The position numbers and the translations under genes are program-made. Positions 60,180 through 64,000 of a stretch of DNA of 64,000 nucleotides are shown in pieces (positions within the stretch are counted from its first letter, which is position 1; every line of letters begins with the position of its first letter). The notes under the pieces were generated by a model. That model searched no databases. It was given only the letters and a program-made list of their open reading frames with translations, and was not told where the DNA came from. Source of the DNA: Methanotrichaceae archaeon (GTDB lineage: Archaea; Halobacteriota; Methanosarcinia; Methanotrichales; Methanotrichaceae); assembly GCA_963748825.1 (NCBI GenBank), contig CAVVKN010000012.1, forward strand, positions 95,536 through 159,535, in the 5' to 3' direction.

Positions 60180-60749
60180 TTAGATCACGCCCTTGGTGCT
60201 GGGCACGCCCGTCCCCTCTTTTGCTGCCGCTTGACGAATGGCAAAGCCCAGGGCCTTGAAGACGCTCTCCGCCTTGTGATGGTCATTTTCGCCGTAGAAG
60301 CGCACATGCAAAGTCAGCCGCGCGCCGACGCAGAGCGCCTCCAGGAACGGCTGCAGGAGCTGTACATCATAGTCACCTATCCTCTCGCCCCGAAACTCTC
60401 CGGATATGACCAGATAGGGCCGGCCGCTGAAGTCGAGGGCCACATCGGCCAGGGCTTCGTCCATGGGCACGGAGGAGGAGCCATAGCGGCGAATTCCGCT
60501 GCGATCCCCGAGGCTGCTGTCCAGGGCCAGGCCGATTGCTGTTCCCAGCGCCTGGGTTCTGTAAAAGCCCGGCTCCGCCTGCGCCGTCAAGTCGAGCAGG
60601 GCTGTGCGGGCAAGAGCTGTGAGCATATGATCCAAAAATCCCGATCCGGAGCTGACGGCGGCCTTTCCTGAGCCATCCAGGTCCAGGGCAGCTTTCGCCC
60701 TGCACTCTCGAAACAGTCCTTCTGCTTCTCCTTTTCTCATGATTTTCAC
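60180..60749 (-). CDS. hisB: Imidazoleglycerol-phosphate dehydratase
   Basis: GFLDHML, IRRYG...PMDEAL, NDHHKAESVFKA, PSTKG. Confidence 0.88.
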   Translation of the reverse strand: MKIMRKGEAEGLFRECRAKAALDLDGSGKAAVSSGSGFLDHMLTALARTALLDLTAQAEPGFYRTQALGTAIGLALDSSLGDRSGIRRYGSSSVPMDEALADVALDFSGRPYLVISGEFRGERIGDYDVQLLQPFLEALCVGARLTLHVRFYGENDHHKAESVFKALGFAIRQAAAKEGTGVPSTKGVI

Positions 60750-61468
60750 CTCAAAGCCTCTAGTGTCCGGCGCACGGAGAGCTTGCCGGTGTAGATCGCC
60801 GTTCCCGCCACCGCTCCGGATGTGCCTGTCTTCCGCAAGGCCAGGACATCCTCGATGGTTGTGACTCCGCCTGCTGCCACTACGGGAATCTTGAGTGCCT
60901 GCACGAGGTCGCGCGTCGGCTGCAGGTCGATGCCCAACTGTCGTCCCTCTACATCGATATTGGTGAAGAGAATAGATCCGGCTCCCTTCTCCTCAAAGAG
61001 CCTTCCCAGCTCCACGGCCTTCTTGCCCAGTGTCTTTTGCCAGCCCTCCGTGGTCACGTCTCCCCTTCTTACATCCAGGGCCACCATGATCCTTTCCCGG
61101 CCGTGACGATCGGCGAGGCGAGAGACCATATCCGGATCTTTCAGGGCTGCCGTTCCCAGTATCGCTCGATCCACACCCAGATCCAGGATAGTCGACACAT
61201 CCTCCTCAGTCCTGATGCCTCCGCCCACTTGGATAAACAGGTCCAGCTTTTTCACGATCTGGCTTAAGATGGAGGCGTTGACTCTTTTTCCTAAAATGGC
61301 CCCGTCCAGATCGATGATATGCAGATGATCCGCGCCTTCAGCTACCCAGTGCTCCGCCTGCGCCAGTGGATTGTCCAGGGCCACGACCTCCGTGCCCGGC
61401 ACGCCACCGACGAGCTGCACGCACTTGCCACCACGCAGGTCCACCGCGGGAAAGAATGCAAAAGTCAT
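60746..61468 (-). CDS. hisA: ProFAR isomerase
   Basis: PAVDLRGGKCVQL, LHIIDLDGA, QVGGGIR, LFTNIDVEG, AAGGV. Confidence 0.94.
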   Translation of the reverse strand: MTFAFFPAVDLRGGKCVQLVGGVPGTEVVALDNPLAQAEHWVAEGADHLHIIDLDGAILGKRVNASILSQIVKKLDLFIQVGGGIRTEEDVSTILDLGVDRAILGTAALKDPDMVSRLADRHGRERIMVALDVRRGDVTTEGWQKTLGKKAVELGRLFEEKGAGSILFTNIDVEGRQLGIDLQPTRDLVQALKIPVVAAGGVTTIEDVLALRKTGTSGAVAGTAIYTGKLSVRRTLEALR

Positions 61469-61549
61469 GCGCAATGTTTTGCATCAAATAGACCTTAACA
61501 GTTTCGATTATTCTGAGAAAAAGAGTGCAAGGATTTCAGATTGCAGATC

Positions 61550-61786
61550 CTAGAGCAGGCGGGCTTTGATGAGTCGCACCGCAGCTATTGCCGCTCCTGC
61601 AGCAAATGCAAACTCGAAGCCGGGCACGCTATTTTCTTTTTCGTCATCTGCCGAATCTCCTTCGCCTGCCGTGTTCTCATCGGCCTCATCGCCTTCATCA
61701 TCATCGGCATAAACCGATTCTGCGCATGCCATGATCATGAAGATGGCAGCGAGCAGAATTGCCAGGGTCTTCTTCATTCTCTTCAC
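61550..61786 (-). CDS. Small acidic secreted protein with PGF-CTERM archaeosortase signal
   Basis: Signal peptide, D/E-rich core, VPGF + hydrophobic helix + basic tail. Confidence 0.75.
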   Translation of the reverse strand: MKRMKKTLAILLAAIFMIMACAESVYADDDEGDEADENTAGEGDSADDEKENSVPGFEFAFAAGAAIAAVRLIKARLL

Positions 61787-62010
61787 TAAAGGAGCCGTTG
61801 TTGTTAATTGTATATTTGTCCTTCGTTTCTTGTTTTTCTCTTTCCCATCATAGCAATTGATTTTCCCTTTCCCGTCGTAGTAAAATATTTATACAATATG
61901 CAAGAAATAATAAGTGTAGTATAGGTTGCAATTGTTTGTGAATGATATTCATTATTTTATTATTAATATTCTATTTAAAGTTTCAAGAAATGAAAAGGGA
62001 TGACTGTTCT

Positions 62011-64000
62011 ATGAAGTTTGCAGAAAATGCGCTTGGAAAGGACAGGCCGGATAGCATCGATAATGATGTCTCTTTGCCGCGGCGGCAGGAATACTATCCT
62101 TCACCTGTGGACTGGAGAGATGAAATGCTCTACTTCCTCCTGGTGGATCGTTTTTCCGACGGCCTGGAGAAAAGCCGGAAGCTTTTGAATCGAAAAAATC
62201 TCTGGGCAGCACGTCCCGACATAGCTGAAAAGCCCTGGAGCTGGCAGCTCTGGGCTACGTCGGGCTCAGCGCGCTGGCAGGGCGGAAACCTAAAGGGAGT
62301 CAGCTCCAAGCTCGACTACCTGAAGAACCTGGGCGTCACGGCGCTATGGCTCAGCCCCGTCTTCAGACAGCGGCAGCATGAGGATAGCTATCATGGCTAT
62401 GGCGTGCAGGACTTTTTAGAGGTCGATTCGCGATTTGGCAGCCGCAAAGATCTTGTGGATCTGGTGGCTGCGGCTCACAAAGAGGGGCTTCGCATAATTT
62501 TGGACATCATCTTCAACCATTCCGGATGCAACTGGCTTTATGCAGATGGAACGCCCGGCGGGATCTATGAGGCAGGATACACCACCGGACGCCACCAGTT
62601 CGGCGCCTGGCGCGATGGCATTGGACAGCCAGCAGAAGCCATAGAGAACGGTCAGGATGGGGTGTGGCCGGGGGAGCTTCAGGATAAGGAGCGCTATACT
62701 CGGGCAGGCAGCGGCAACCTTGGGGCGGGCGATATCTGCGATCCTCGGGCGGAGCACAAGCGCTCCGATTTCCTCTGCTTGAGGGATTTCGACCTTGATG
62801 TGCCGGGCCTCTTAAATGACCTTGCAAAGTGCTACAAATACTGGATTGCCCTGACTGACTGCGACGGCTTTCGCATAGATACTTTAAAGCACGTATCCTT
62901 CGAGCAGGGGAGAAACTTCTGCGGCACAATCAAGGAGTTTGCCGCCAACCTGGGAAAGGAGAACTTCTTTTTGGTGGGTGAGATTGCTGGAGGGGACTAC
63001 ACTGCCGACAGGTACTTCGAAGCGCTGGACAGAAACCTCAATGCAGCTCTTGATATCGGAGAGATGCGGCAGGTCTTGGGCGGCGTGGCCAAAGGGCTGA
63101 CTCATCCGGGAGCATACTTCGAGGGCTTTAACTCCAATGCAGTATTCGGATCGCACCGCAACCTTGGTAATCAGCATGTCTCCGTCCTGGACGATCACGA
63201 TCATGTCTTCGGGGAGAAGATCCGCTTCTCGGCGGAGGCGGCATCGGAAGCTCAGGTTGCCGCCGGCGTAGCCCTGCAGCTTTTCACTTTGGGCATTCCC
63301 TGCATCTACTACGGCACGGAGCAGGCATTTGCCGGGCCAGAGGAGGCGGAGAGGAAATGGCTGCCGGACTGGAAGAATTCGGACCGCTATCTACGGGAGG
63401 CCATGTTTGGGCCGGAGCACCCGCACCTTCCAGGAACTGGAAGTCTAACTGCCCAGAGTGATAGCAGCCTGCCGGGCTTTGGGCCCTTCGGCACAGCCGG
63501 ATATCACTGCTTTGATCCCAAGTTTCCCGTCTTTCGCAAGATTGCCGCCATGGCTGCGCTGCGCCAGGCCTTCCCTGCGCTTCGCCACGGCAGGCAGTAC
63601 CTGCGCAAGATGGCCCTTCCGGAAAAGGGGCTTTCCAGCTTCGACTTCTACGGGGCGGGCTATGAGATTGCGGGCGAAAAACTGGACGGCCAGATCGTGG
63701 CCTGGTCACGTATCCTGGACGATGAGGAGGTGCTCTGCGTTCTCAATTCCCACGGCAGCGAGAAGCGCAGCGCCGATGTGCTCGTAGACGCTGGACTGAA
63801 TCTACCGGAGGGCAAGGGCAACATGACCGTGGTCCTCAATTCTGCAGAGGAGGCAGCCAAGCCGAAGAGGTATTCCGGGAATAACAAGACAGGATCAAAG
63901 CTGCCAGTAAAACGGGCGGGAGAATTTGCTTATGTCGAGGTCCGGGATCTTGCGCCATCCGAGGTGCTGGTGCTGGCGGTGCACCCGGATAAGGAGGAGG
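62011..64000 (+). CDS. GH13 alpha-amylase-family protein, runs off the window (missing from ORF track)
   Basis: Manual translation: WRDEMLYFLLVDRFSDG, GGNLKGV..KLDYLKNLGVTALWLSP, YHGY, DIIFNH, GFRIDTLKH, VGEI, LDDHD. Confidence 0.92.
   Translation, partial: MKFAENALGKDRPDSIDNDVSLPRRQEYYPSPVDWRDEMLYFLLVDRFSDGLEKSRKLLNRKNLWAARPDIAEKPWSWQLWATSGSARWQGGNLKGVSSKLDYLKNLGVTALWLSPVFRQRQHEDSYHGYGVQDFLEVDSRFGSRKDLVDLVAAAHKEGLRIILDIIFNHSGCNWLYADGTPGGIYEAGYTTGRHQFGAWRDGIGQPAEAIENGQDGVWPGELQDKERYTRAGSGNLGAGDICDPRAEHKRSDFLCLRDFDLDVPGLLNDLAKCYKYWIALTDCDGFRIDTLKHVSFEQGRNFCGTIKEFAANLGKENFFLVGEIAGGDYTADRYFEALDRNLNAALDIGEMRQVLGGVAKGLTHPGAYFEGFNSNAVFGSHRNLGNQHVSVLDDHDHVFGEKIRFSAEAASEAQVAAGVALQLFTLGIPCIYYGTEQAFAGPEEAERKWLPDWKNSDRYLREAMFGPEHPHLPGTGSLTAQSDSSLPGFGPFGTAGYHCFDPKFPVFRKIAAMAALRQAFPALRHGRQYLRKMALPEKGLSSFDFYGAGYEIAGEKLDGQIVAWSRILDDEEVLCVLNSHGSEKRSADVLVDAGLNLPEGKGNMTVVLNSAEEAAKPKRYSGNNKTGSKLPVKRAGEFAYVEVRDLAPSEVLVLAVHPDKEE

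Noticed and set aside
62009-63887. Minus- and plus-strand short ORFs at the window end
   Set aside because: Shadows of the GH13 gene, which lacks a stop within the window

Overview
Archaeal genomic window, most likely a Methanothrix/Methanosarcinales-type methanogen (inferred from archaeal MAT, PAN, TBP, TrmY, a PGF-CTERM protein and paralogous acylphosphatase-coiled-coil genes). Housekeeping genes (mat, pan, hom, lig, hisD/B/A, pyrD/K/F, tbp, trmY), a trehalose/osmostress cluster (TPSP-DUF5752-TreT-MscS) and a partial GH13 amylase flank a complete type I-B CRISPR-Cas locus on the minus strand: cas1-cas2-[duplicated cas2'/cas4' plus RelE module]-cas4-cas8b-cas7-cas5-cas3-hicB-hicA-cas6-leader-array (about 56 repeats, 55 spacers). 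The main finding is four near-identical IS110-family elements inside the array, all co-oriented with it. Three insertions sit at exactly the same position of the CRISPR repeat (GTTTC core at the repeat/spacer boundary) and a further junction sits at the element's own internal GTTTCAATC. The structured ~230-nt non-coding end of the element carries a 9-nt match to the CRISPR repeat end (GATTGAAAC) and an 8-nt match to its own donor junction (ATGGGAAA). It therefore looks like a bridge RNA programmed to target CRISPR repeats: an RNA-guided recombinase that uses CRISPR arrays as its landing pad. Coordinates and repeat counts were read by eye, and no database searches or folding computations were run.
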